Notes under the pieces: generated by a model
What the model saw: the letters and a program-made list of their open reading frames with translations, nothing else
Databases searched by the model: none
Told to the model about the DNA's origin: nothing
DNA from: Alphaproteobacteria bacterium
GTDB lineage: Bacteria; Pseudomonadota; Alphaproteobacteria; UBA828
Assembly: GCA_965221125.1 (NCBI GenBank)
Contig: CBDCRW010000003.1
Location: 416,001-480,000 of the forward strand
DNA length: 64,000 bases
Reading direction: 5' to 3'
Program-made: the position numbers and the translations under genes
Shown: in pieces, positions 47,389 through 59,229 of the stretch
Numbering within the stretch: position 1 is the first letter of the stretch
Layout: every line of letters begins with the position of its first letter

Positions 47389-47532
47389 CGCGCGTCCGAC
47401 TTTACGGACGCGCGACAGGCCGCGACAGCGGCCCGCCGCGTATGCGGCGCGCCCGCGCAGGCGTTGGCCGCAGGCCAACTGCCGTGAGCGAAAATGCGTG
47501 GAGCGCGTCCGACTCTGACGGACGCGCTCTAG
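47386..47532 (-). repeat. Multi-hairpin repeat family A, copy 4 (flanking hairpins on both sides)
   Basis: Fills the entire accA/ccmC gap and overlaps both TAG stops. Confidence 0.85.
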
Positions 47533-48302
47533 CGCGAGACCTGGGCCAGCCGCAGGTTGCGGATGCGGCGATTCGCGATCTCGGCGCGCACGCGCGGGAT
47601 CAGCACCGTCAGATAGTAGGCCATGAAGCCCGCCGCCATGAGCAGCAGGGGTGCGACCATGGAGCTGTCGATGGAGGGCGAGTCGATCTTCGAGATCGTC
47701 GCCGGCTGGTGCAGCGTGTTCCACCAGTCGACCGAGAACTTGACGATGGGCACGTTGACCACGCCCACCAGCGCCAGGATCGCGGCGACGCGCGCACCCT
47801 TGGCCGGGTCGTCGAAGGCGGCGTGCAGCGCGATGTAGCCGAGGTAGAGGAAGAGCAGCACCAGCATCGAGGTGAGCCGCGCGTCCCACACCCACCAGGT
47901 GCCCCACATCGGCTGGCCCCAGAGCGAGCCGCTCAGGAGCGTGATGAGGGTGAAGGCGGCGCCGACCGGGGCACTGGATTTCGCCACCAGGTCCGCCAGC
48001 GGATGACGCCAGACCAGGCCGGCGACGCTGCAGAGCGCGATGACGACGTAGACGAAGAGCGACATCCACGCCGCCGGCACGTGGACGAAGATGATGCGGT
48101 AGGCGTCGCCCTGCTGGTAGTCGGGCGGCGCCACGTAGAGGCCGAGCACCAGGCCGGCGGCGATCAGCGCTGCGGTCGCGGCCGCCGCCCAGGGATAGAC
48201 CGCGCGGGCAACGCGGAGGAAGCGGGCCGGATTGGCGAAGAAGTGGATGCTGGCCCATCCGGTCCTCCCCCGCCGCGCCGCCGCTCTCGCCCGTGTCGCC
48301 AT
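47529..48302 (-). CDS. ccmC: Heme exporter protein C
   Basis: HVPAAW, WGQPMWGTWWVWDARLT WWD motif, WNTLHQ. Confidence 0.96.
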   Translation of the reverse strand: MATRARAAARRGRTGWASIHFFANPARFLRVARAVYPWAAAATAALIAAGLVLGLYVAPPDYQQGDAYRIIFVHVPAAWMSLFVYVVIALCSVAGLVWRHPLADLVAKSSAPVGAAFTLITLLSGSLWGQPMWGTWWVWDARLTSMLVLLFLYLGYIALHAAFDDPAKGARVAAILALVGVVNVPIVKFSVDWWNTLHQPATISKIDSPSIDSSMVAPLLLMAAGFMAYYLTVLIPRVRAEIANRRIRNLRLAQVSR

Positions 48303-48315
48303 CGTCGCCTTCGAC

Positions 48316-48984
48316 CTATTCCACCGTCATGCGGAGCGCTGCCGCCGCAGCCACCGGGCCCAGCACCAGCGCGCCCACCAGCCCGCCCGCCAGGATCGAG
48401 AGGTTCGCGCGCACGCCGATGTCGAGCACGGCCCCTTCGACCGCGCCAACCCCGAATATGAGAACGGGAACATAGAGCGGCAAGACCAGAAGCGCGATCA
48501 GCGCGCCGCCGCGCCGCAGGCTCACGGTGAGCGCCGCGCCCACCGCGCCGATCAGGCTGAGGATGGGCGTGCCCAGCAGGAGCGAGACGATCAGGATGAC
48601 GAGGCCGTCCGCGCTCATGTTCAGGAGCAGTGCCAGGATCGGCGCTGCGGCGGCGAGCGGGAGCCCGGTGGTGAGCCAGTGCGCGACGGTCTTGGCCAGC
48701 ACGACGAACTCCAGCGGCAGCGTGCCGAGCATCAACTGCTCGAGGCTGCCGTCCTCGTGGTCGGCGACGAAGAGGCGATCCAACGAGAGCAGCGCGGCGA
48801 GCAGCGCGGCGACCCAGACGGCGCCGGGCGCGATGCGGCTGAGCAGGCCCAGCTCCGGCCCGATGCCGAGGGGAAAGAGCGTCACCGCGATGACGAAGAA
48901 GAGCACCGCCATCAGGGAGCCGATGCCGCCCCGCACGGCGAGCGTGAGCTCGCGGCCGATGAGCCGGAGGAAGACGCCTACCAT
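48316..48984 (-). CDS. ccmB: Heme exporter protein B
   Basis: LFPLGIGPE, DHEDGSLEQL, LPLYVPVLIFG. Confidence 0.95.
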   Translation of the reverse strand: MVGVFLRLIGRELTLAVRGGIGSLMAVLFFVIAVTLFPLGIGPELGLLSRIAPGAVWVAALLAALLSLDRLFVADHEDGSLEQLMLGTLPLEFVVLAKTVAHWLTTGLPLAAAAPILALLLNMSADGLVILIVSLLLGTPILSLIGAVGAALTVSLRRGGALIALLVLPLYVPVLIFGVGAVEGAVLDIGVRANLSILAGGLVGALVLGPVAAAAALRMTVE

Positions 48985-49748
48985 GCGTCCTCCTCCGGCC
49001 CGGAGTCGTCGCCGGCCGGCAGCGCGTCGGCCGTTATCGCGTGGCTGCCGAGGTCGAGACGCCGGGCGCCGTCGAGCGCGATCTCCCCGTGCGTCGCCAC
49101 GATCGCCATGCCGCCGCCGGCCCGGTGCGCGGCGATCATGGCATCGACGCGGGCGGCCGCGTCGGCGTCGAGCGTGACGGTCGGCTCGTCGAGCAGCCAG
49201 AGCGAGGCCGGCGTCGCCAGCACGCGGGCGAGCGCCAGCCGCCGCTTCTGCCCGGCCGAGAGATAGCGCCCCGGCACGTCGGCGAGGTCCGCGATGCCGA
49301 GCGCCGCGAGCGCGTCCGGCGCGGCCCGCGCGGCGCCCCTGAAGCGTGCCCAGCCGTCCAGGTTCTCCGCCACCGTAAGCGTCGGTTTCACCGCGTCGAG
49401 GTGGCCCACGTAGTGCAGGCGGCCGCGATGGGCGGCCCAGTCCTCGTCAACGGGCGCACCCTCCCACTCGAGCGTTCCGCCGGCCGACTTGAGGAAGCCG
49501 GCGAGGATGCGGAGCAGGCTCGACTTGCCCGCGCCGTTGGGCCCGACGAGCGCGAGCGCGCCGCCGCGCTCCAGGCGGAACGAGACCCCGGAGAAGACCG
49601 AGCGCTCCCCACGGATGCAGGCCACGTCGTGCGCCTCTAAGCAGGCGGGGGACGACGTGAGCCGTGACGCTGGTGAGGTATGCGGGCTAGCCGGGCCGGG
49701 AATCTTGCACCCCTCTCCGGTCGAGCCTAGAAGGTCCGGGGACGCCAA
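48978..49748 (-). CDS. ccmA: Heme exporter ATP-binding protein A
   Basis: GPNGAGKSSLLR, LSAGQKRR, WLLDEP; true start uncertain. Confidence 0.92.
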   Translation of the reverse strand: MASPDLLGSTGEGCKIPGPASPHTSPASRLTSSPACLEAHDVACIRGERSVFSGVSFRLERGGALALVGPNGAGKSSLLRILAGFLKSAGGTLEWEGAPVDEDWAAHRGRLHYVGHLDAVKPTLTVAENLDGWARFRGAARAAPDALAALGIADLADVPGRYLSAGQKRRLALARVLATPASLWLLDEPTVTLDADAAARVDAMIAAHRAGGGMAIVATHGEIALDGARRLDLGSHAITADALPAGDDSGPEEDAW

Positions 49749-49837
49749 GCCTATCGGCCTAGCGCGCGGCCGGCAAGAATCCGCGCGCTAGGCCGCGCGA
49801 GGGCGCCAGGCGCCGAATTGAGAATGGGGGTAGTGCG

Positions 49838-52534
<2,697 letters not shown>

Positions 52535-52552
52535 ACGGCCGGCCGTAACTCT

Positions 52553-54205
52553 CTACTCGGCCGCCCGCTCGGCTGCCGGATCGCCCAGCGTCTCGAGCGC
52601 GAGCGCGCGGAGCTTGTGCTTCTGCACCTTGCCGCTCGCGGTCATGGGGAACGCGTCCACCGCCAGCACGTGGCGCGGGACCTTGAAGCTCGCGATGCGG
52701 CCCTTGCAGTAGGCGGCGATCGCCTCGCTCGTGACGGCAGCGCCCGGCGCGGTCACGACGAAGGCCACGGCGACCTCGGCAAGGCGGGGGTCGGGGTAGC
52801 CCACCACCGCCACCTGGTCGATGGCTTCATGGGCCATGAGGAAGGCCTCGACCTCCGCCGGCGAGACGTTCTCGCCGCCGACCTTGAGCTGGTCCTTGAA
52901 TCGGCCGACGAAGCGGATGTGGCCGTCGGCGCGGAGCAGCGCGGTATCGCCGGTGTGGAGCCACCCGTCGCCGTCGATGGCTTCCGCCGTCTCCTCGGGC
53001 TTCCTGTAGTAGCCCTGCGTGATCATGTAGCCGCGAATGAGCAGCTCGCCTTCCTCGCCGGCGGCGACCTCCCGCCCGGTCTCGGGGTCGACGACCTTGA
53101 TCTCGAAGCCCGGTGCCGGGAAGCCCGAGGCGTCCGAGCGCTGCTCGGGCGTGGAGTTGCCGAAGGACATGGTGGCGAAGGTGAAGGTCTCGGTCATGCC
53201 CCAGCCGGTGAAGGTGGGCACCATCTCCGCCTGCACCCGCCGGGCGATGCGGGCGGAGCTGGTCATGCCGGACGGGAAGGTGCCGAAGCGGAGACTCGAG
53301 ATGTCGCGCGGCGTGCGCGCGAGGGAGTCGAGATACTCCTTGTAGTGGGTGTCGAAGCCGTGGGTGATGGTTCCCCCCTCGGCCTCGACGAGGCGCATGC
53401 ACTCGTCGGCGTCGAAGCGGTCCAGCAGCACGTGCTTGGCCCCCGCGATCACCGCGATCAGCCCGGCCTCGCTGAAGCCATACATGTGGAAGAGCGGCAG
53501 CGGGTTGACGATGGCGTCCTCGAAGGTGAGGCCGATGCGGTTGGCGCGCTCGCGCATGTTGCGGATCATCACGTGCGTGTGGAGCACGCCCTTGGGATGC
53601 CCGGTGGTGCCCGAGGTGTAGCCGATCATCACCGGTGCGTCGGGATCGACCGCACGCGCACGCGCGGCCAGCGCGGCGTCGCTCACCGCCTCGCCGCCGG
53701 CCAGCATCGCCTCCCAGCCGAGCGTGCCGGGCACGTCGCTCTCGCCGAGAACGACCAGCCGGCGGAGGCGCGGGAAGCCCTCAATGGAGGCCGCGCGCGG
53801 ATCCTGCGCCGCCAGATCGGGCAGCACGTCCGCCAGCATGGCCGCGTAGTCGACGGGGCCGGAGCGGTCGATACTGATCCAGGTGCCGCTGTCGGACTGG
53901 CGAACCGTGTAGGCCACGTCGTCGGTGCGGTAGCGGGTGTTGAGGGGCACCAGCACGGCGCCGACCCTGGCGATGGCGAAGGTGAGGAACAGCCATTCCG
54001 GCCGGTTGTTCATCCAGAGCGCGACGTGCTCGCCCGGCTCCACGCCGAGCGCCATCAGCCCCTTGGCGACGCGGTCCACGTCGCGGTCGAATTCACGGTA
54101 CGCCCACCGCGCGCCGCCGCAGACCAGCGCGTCGCGCGCGCCCCAGCGCCGGGCCGCCTCCGCCGGCAGGTCGCCGAGCCGCTCCTTCGCGTACCAGTCG
54201 GGCAT
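52553..54205 (-). CDS. AMP-binding acyl-CoA synthetase
   Basis: YTSGTTGHPKG, WGMTE, WLHTGD, GGENVSPAEVE, TASGKVQK. Confidence 0.92.
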   Translation of the reverse strand: MPDWYAKERLGDLPAEAARRWGARDALVCGGARWAYREFDRDVDRVAKGLMALGVEPGEHVALWMNNRPEWLFLTFAIARVGAVLVPLNTRYRTDDVAYTVRQSDSGTWISIDRSGPVDYAAMLADVLPDLAAQDPRAASIEGFPRLRRLVVLGESDVPGTLGWEAMLAGGEAVSDAALAARARAVDPDAPVMIGYTSGTTGHPKGVLHTHVMIRNMRERANRIGLTFEDAIVNPLPLFHMYGFSEAGLIAVIAGAKHVLLDRFDADECMRLVEAEGGTITHGFDTHYKEYLDSLARTPRDISSLRFGTFPSGMTSSARIARRVQAEMVPTFTGWGMTETFTFATMSFGNSTPEQRSDASGFPAPGFEIKVVDPETGREVAAGEEGELLIRGYMITQGYYRKPEETAEAIDGDGWLHTGDTALLRADGHIRFVGRFKDQLKVGGENVSPAEVEAFLMAHEAIDQVAVVGYPDPRLAEVAVAFVVTAPGAAVTSEAIAAYCKGRIASFKVPRHVLAVDAFPMTASGKVQKHKLRALALETLGDPAAERAAE

Positions 54206-54216
54206 GGTCCTGGCCC

Positions 54217-56664
54217 TCAGCTCCGCAACTTCTCGCCCGCCGGATCGTAGAACGGCGTGAGCGAGACCGTCGCCGGCACGCGCTCGCCGGCGATATCGAC
54301 CTCGTAGGCGCCCGCGTCGAGCGTCTCCCACCGGCGCGGCTCCTCGCTCTCGAGGTAGCCCATGCCGACGGGCCGCTCGAAGCCGTAGCCGAAGGCCGCG
54401 GACGTGATGCGGCCCAGCACCCTGTCGTCGAGGTAGATCGTCTCGTCGTGGAACATGAAGGGCTCGGGCGCAGCGAGCATCACGTGGACGAGGCGCTGGG
54501 TGAGCCCGTCCGCCCGCTGGCGCTCCAGCGCCGCGCGACCGATGAAGTCGCAGTCCTTCCTGAACGAGACCGCGAAGCCGAGGCCGGCTTCCAGCGGGGT
54601 CTCGGCCTGCGTGATGTCGTGGCCCCAGTGGCGGTAGCCCTTCTCGCTCCGGAGCGAATCCATGGCGTGGATGCCGCAGAGCCTGACGCCGAGGTCCACG
54701 CCGGCCTCCATCAGCCGGTCGAAGATCGGCACGACGTACTCGGTCGCGATGTGCAGCTCCCAGCCCAGCTCGCCCACGTAGGAGACCCGCATCGCCCGTG
54801 CGTGCGCGTAGCCGATGTCGATCTCCCGGCAGGTGCCGAAGGGGAAGGCCTCGTTGGAGAGGTCGGCATCGCTGACCCGGCTCAGCAGCGTTCTGGCGTT
54901 GGGGCCCATCGCGGCGAGCACGCCGGAGCCCGATGTCACGTCGGTGAGATAGACCTGCGCGCCGTCGCTCAGGTTGCGCTCGATCCAGGTGAGGTCGCGA
55001 GTCTGGGAGGCCGCCGACGTCACAACCAGATAGCGGTCGCCCGCGAGCCGCGTGACGGTGAGGTCCGCCTCGATTCCGCCCCGCCTGTTGAGAAGCTGCG
55101 TGTAGACGACCTTGCCGGCCGGCACAGCAACGTCGTTGGCGCAGAGGCGTTGCAGCTCGCGCTCCGCGTCGGGGCCCTGGACCAAGTACTTCGCGAAGAA
55201 GCTCATGTCGAGGATGCCGACGGCGTTTCGCACGGCGGCGTGCTCGTCCCGCACGCAGTCGAACCAGTTCTGCTTGCCCCAGGCGTAGTCGTAGGCGGGC
55301 TCCACGCCGGCGGGCGCGAACCAGTTGGCGCGCTCCCACCCGGCGGCCTCGCCGAAGCAGGCGTTGTGGGCGGCGAGGCGCACGTGCAGCGGACTGAGGC
55401 GCACGGGGCGCGCGGTCTCCACCTGCCGATGCGGCCAGTGCATCTGGTAGAGCAGGCCGAGGCTTTCGCGGGTGCGGTCGGCCAGGTAGCGGCGGTTGTT
55501 CTGGAAGCCGGCGAAGCGCGCGATGTCGAGCTCAGCCACGTCCACCGTCGGCTGCCCCTCGACGATCCACTCCGACATCACCTTGCCGGCGCCGGCGGCG
55601 CTGAGGATGCCCTGGCTGTTGAAGCCGGCGGCGACGAAGAAGCGCGCAAGCTCGGGCGCCTCGCCGAGCACGAACTTGTTGTCCGGCGTGAAGCTCTCGG
55701 GCCCGTTCATGAACTGGCGGATCGGCGCCTGCTCGAGCACCGGCAGCAGCTCGATCGCGTTGGTCATGGGCAGCTCGAAATGGTCCCAGTCCTCCGCCAG
55801 CTCGACGAACTCGGCGCCTGCGGGCAGATTCTCCAGCGGCAGCGGCTTGCACACCGGCTCGAAAGAGCCGACGAGCAGACGGCCCGCATCCTCCTTCACG
55901 TAGATGTAGCCGTCGGTGTCGCGGATGATCGGCGCGTCGGGCGACAGCCCCTCGATGGGGTCGGTGACGACGTACATGTGCTCGGCGGCGTAGAGCGGCA
56001 CGCTCACGCCCGCCATCAGCCCGATCTCGCGGGCCCAGACGCCGCCGCAGTTGACGACGGTCTCGCAGGCGATGGTGCCGCGCTCCGTAAGGACGCCGGA
56101 GACCGCGCCGTTGCTGCGCTCGAAGCCGGTGACCGCGGTTTCCTCGAAGATGCGGGCACCGCCCGTGCGCGCACCCTTGGCGAGCGCCATCGCGGTATCG
56201 ACAGGATTGGCTTGGCCGTCGCCGGGGATGTAGATCGCGCCCTTGATCCGCGAGACGTCGATTTGCGGATAGAGCGTCTTCACCTCGTTCAGCCCGACCT
56301 CGTGGGCTTCGACGCCGAAGCAGTCGCCGAGCGCGGCCATGCGCCTGATCTCGGTGAGTCGTGCCTCGGTGCGCGCGACGGGCAGGCTGCCCTTGCGGCG
56401 AAAGCCCGTCGCCTGGCCGGTCTCGGCCTCCAGCGACTCGTAGAGGCCGACGGCATAGCGCGCGAGCTCGGTCAGCGTCGACGTCGCGCGGAGCTGGTTG
56501 ATGAGGCCGGCGGCGTGCCACGACGTGCCGCCGGTGAGGTGCCCGCGCTCGAGCAGGACCACGTCCCGCCGCCCGAGTTTGGCCAGATGATAGGCGATGC
56601 TGCAGCCGATGATGCCGCCGCCGACGATCACCACCTCGGCCTGGGTGGGCAAGGCCGCCGTCAT
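54217..56664 (-). CDS. GcvT-family FAD-dependent dehydrogenase (sarcosine/dimethylglycine dehydrogenase-like)
   Basis: GGGIIG, GTSWHAAG, NGPESFTPD, SYVGELGWEL, SLRSEKGY. Confidence 0.92.
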   Translation of the reverse strand: MTAALPTQAEVVIVGGGIIGCSIAYHLAKLGRRDVVLLERGHLTGGTSWHAAGLINQLRATSTLTELARYAVGLYESLEAETGQATGFRRKGSLPVARTEARLTEIRRMAALGDCFGVEAHEVGLNEVKTLYPQIDVSRIKGAIYIPGDGQANPVDTAMALAKGARTGGARIFEETAVTGFERSNGAVSGVLTERGTIACETVVNCGGVWAREIGLMAGVSVPLYAAEHMYVVTDPIEGLSPDAPIIRDTDGYIYVKEDAGRLLVGSFEPVCKPLPLENLPAGAEFVELAEDWDHFELPMTNAIELLPVLEQAPIRQFMNGPESFTPDNKFVLGEAPELARFFVAAGFNSQGILSAAGAGKVMSEWIVEGQPTVDVAELDIARFAGFQNNRRYLADRTRESLGLLYQMHWPHRQVETARPVRLSPLHVRLAAHNACFGEAAGWERANWFAPAGVEPAYDYAWGKQNWFDCVRDEHAAVRNAVGILDMSFFAKYLVQGPDAERELQRLCANDVAVPAGKVVYTQLLNRRGGIEADLTVTRLAGDRYLVVTSAASQTRDLTWIERNLSDGAQVYLTDVTSGSGVLAAMGPNARTLLSRVSDADLSNEAFPFGTCREIDIGYAHARAMRVSYVGELGWELHIATEYVVPIFDRLMEAGVDLGVRLCGIHAMDSLRSEKGYRHWGHDITQAETPLEAGLGFAVSFRKDCDFIGRAALERQRADGLTQRLVHVMLAAPEPFMFHDETIYLDDRVLGRITSAAFGYGFERPVGMGYLESEEPRRWETLDAGAYEVDIAGERVPATVSLTPFYDPAGEKLRS

Positions 56665-56886
56665 CGCTCAGTGGCCCGCATGGGACCTCCCGCATCGTGC
56701 TTCCGCATGGCGCTTGCGGATTCCCTAGCACGGGCGCGCACGCCGGAAAACGGAGCGCGGCGGAGCGGGCGCAGCGCGAGCCCCCGCCGGGCCCGCACGG
56801 GGTTTGCATTCCCGCGGCGCTCTTCGCATAGTGCGCGCCAACCGGGGTGGACCCGGCGATCGAACACCCGAAAGGAGAGGGAGACA

Positions 56887-57372
56887 ATGGCAGTCAGCGC
56901 GGGCGACAAGGTGCCGTCGGTGAACTTCAAGATGTTGACGGCGGACGGGCTCACGGACGTATCGAGCGACGACTATTTCGGCGGCAAGAAGACTGCTCTC
57001 TTCGCCGTCCCCGGCGCGTTCACGCCGACGTGTTCGGCCAAGCACGTGCCGAGCTTCCTGGCGCAGGCCGATGCGCTCAAGGCCAAGGGCGTCGATCAGA
57101 TCGCCTGCGTCTCGGTCAACGACGCGTTCGTGATGAAGGCCTGGGGCGCGGACACGGGCAGCGGCGATACCATCGACATGCTGGCGGACGGCAACGGCGA
57201 GTTCGCGCGGGCGACGGGGCTCACCCTCGACGCGCGCGGCTTCGGCCTGGGCGAGCGGACGACCCGGTTCTCCATGATCGTCGACGACGGCACGATCACC
57301 GCCCTCAACGTGGAGGAGAATCCGACCGAGATGGTCGTGAGCAGCGCGGAGCACATGCTCACCCAGCTCTGA
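56887..57372 (+). CDS. Peroxiredoxin, Prx5 subfamily
   Basis: VPGAFTPTCSAKH, SVNDAFVM, LADGNG. Confidence 0.93.
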   Translation: MAVSAGDKVPSVNFKMLTADGLTDVSSDDYFGGKKTALFAVPGAFTPTCSAKHVPSFLAQADALKAKGVDQIACVSVNDAFVMKAWGADTGSGDTIDMLADGNGEFARATGLTLDARGFGLGERTTRFSMIVDDGTITALNVEENPTEMVVSSAEHMLTQL

Positions 57373-57553
57373 GCGGGATATTCCGCGCGAGGCCCCGGAA
57401 AACGGCCCTTGCCTGACGGCCCGCGCGCACCACATTGTTGAACATCGGCGGCCGCAAGCGTGAGGGCGCTTGCGGCCGCTCTACCCTGTTTCGACAAGAC
57501 CGCATGCCAGTGCTGCGGCCGGCACGCGGGCGCCCACGAGGAGGCATCAGGCG

Positions 57554-58213
57554 ATGGCACTGAGGATTGGCGACGACGCACCCAACTTCACGGCGGACAC
57601 GACCGAAGGGTCGATCGACTTCCACGACTGGATCGGCGACGGCTGGGCCATTCTGTTCTCCCACCCCAAGGACTTCACGCCGGTCTGCACGACCGAGCTG
57701 GGCTACATGGCGGGGCTCAAGTCCGAATTCGAGAAGCGCAACTGCAAGGTCCTCGGGCTCAGCGTGGACGGCGTGAGCGACCACCACGCCTGGTCGAAGG
57801 ACATTGAGGAGACGCAGGGTCACGCGGTGAACTATCCGCTGATCGGCGACCCCGAGCTGAAGATCGCGACCCTCTACGAGATGCTGCCGGCGGGCGCGGG
57901 CACGACCTCCGAAGGGCGCACGGCGGTGGACAACCTCACCGTCCGCACCGTCTTCCTCATTGGCCCTGACAAGAAGATCAAGCTCTCCCTCACCTACCCG
58001 ATGAGCACCGGGCGCAACTTCGACGAGGTGCTGCGGGTGCTGGATTCGTGCCAGCTCACGGCGAAGCACAAGGTGGCGACGCCGGTGAACTGGAAGCAGG
58101 GCGAGGACGTGATCATCGTGCCGGCGGTCTCCGACGAGGAGGCCAGAAAGACCTACCCCGACGGCTGGAAGGCGCCCAAGCCCTATCTCAGGATCGTGCC
58201 GCAGCCCGAGTAG
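57554..58213 (+). CDS. Peroxiredoxin, 1-Cys Prx6 subfamily
   Basis: FSHPKDFTPVCTTEL, YPMSTGRNFDE, PYLR. Confidence 0.94.
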   Translation: MALRIGDDAPNFTADTTEGSIDFHDWIGDGWAILFSHPKDFTPVCTTELGYMAGLKSEFEKRNCKVLGLSVDGVSDHHAWSKDIEETQGHAVNYPLIGDPELKIATLYEMLPAGAGTTSEGRTAVDNLTVRTVFLIGPDKKIKLSLTYPMSTGRNFDEVLRVLDSCQLTAKHKVATPVNWKQGEDVIIVPAVSDEEARKTYPDGWKAPKPYLRIVPQPE

Positions 58214-58252
58214 CGGCGCGCGGCCCCGCCCCCCCCCTCCTCTCCCCGGCCC

Positions 58253-58354
58253 CTCCGCCTTCCCGGGCCGCAGGCCCGGACGGCGCGACCGCGCCGCGCG
58301 CGAAGCGCGTAGCCAAGCGAGCGGAGCGAGCGCCCGGCGCCTGAGGGATAAGAA
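58253..58354 (-). repeat. Multi-hairpin repeat family B, copy 2
   Basis: Reverse complement closely matches 34967-35066. Confidence 0.82.
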
Positions 58355-58386
58355 AGAGTCGGGAGCAGGGAACGCTTGAGCTGGGG

Positions 58387-59229
58387 TTACGCCGCGCCGC
58401 CCACTTGCGGCGGCACGCGGTGCTCGATGGCAAGGGGCGAAAGCTCCGCGTGCACGCGGTTGAGGACGGCCGCCAGCGTCTCGGCCCACTCCTCGGCGCC
58501 ACCCCGCGTGCCGATCAGGTCCTGGCGCACCTCGAACTCGATATGCGGCAGGCCGCGCCCCTGGCCGTGCACGGGAATGGAATAGTCCGAGGGGCCGATG
58601 ATGGCGTAGGGCTCGTTGTCGCCGATAGTGAGGCCCGGCCGGATCGCGTCGAGCGCGTCCTTCAGCGGCTGAACCAGGCGGTCGTCGTGCTCATACAGAA
58701 GCCCGATCTCCCACGGGCGGACGAAGCCCTGGAAGACCGGCGTGAAGCTGTGGACCGCGATCAGCATTGGCACCGCGCCTGCGCCGATGACCCGGTCCAG
58801 ATAGGCGGCGATGGCGTCGTGGTAGGGCCAGAAGAGGGCGTCCGTCCGTTCCGCCGCCTCGGCTTCCGAGACCGCCTGGTTGGCCGGCACGAGCGTGCCG
58901 TCGCTCACCGGCGGTATGGCCGTGGGGCTTCCCAGCGGCCGGTTGCAATCGATGACCAGGCGCGAGTAGCCGGAGAGAAATGCCGGTGCGCCCAGCCGGG
59001 CGCTGAGGGATTCGGTGACCATCGCCGCGCCGATGTCCCAGCCGATGTGGCGGTCGAGCTCCGCCTGCTCGAGGCCGAGGCGCGTCATGTGGGCGGGGAC
59101 GGCGTTGCTCGCGTGATCGCAAACCAGCACGAACGCCGGATCGTCGGGGTCGGGTCCGATGCGCGTGCACGGCGGCGGATCGTCGCCGGTCATCCGCGAC
59201 GCGTCGAACCAGGGGATGGGCTGGCTCAC
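58387..59229 (-). CDS. N-formylglutamate amidohydrolase family protein
   Basis: CDHASN, HIGWDIGA, SRLVIDCNR, HSFTP, NEPY, EVRQDLI. Confidence 0.88.
   Translation of the reverse strand: MSQPIPWFDASRMTGDDPPPCTRIGPDPDDPAFVLVCDHASNAVPAHMTRLGLEQAELDRHIGWDIGAAMVTESLSARLGAPAFLSGYSRLVIDCNRPLGSPTAIPPVSDGTLVPANQAVSEAEAAERTDALFWPYHDAIAAYLDRVIGAGAVPMLIAVHSFTPVFQGFVRPWEIGLLYEHDDRLVQPLKDALDAIRPGLTIGDNEPYAIIGPSDYSIPVHGQGRGLPHIEFEVRQDLIGTRGGAEEWAETLAAVLNRVHAELSPLAIEHRVPPQVGGAA

Noticed and set aside
45019-48258. Very long alternative ORFs (e.g. 1079 aa here, 974 aa at 54448, 792 aa at 35007)
   Set aside because: Shadow frames of high-GC genes; Arg/Ala/Gly-rich with no motifs, overlapping well-supported genes.
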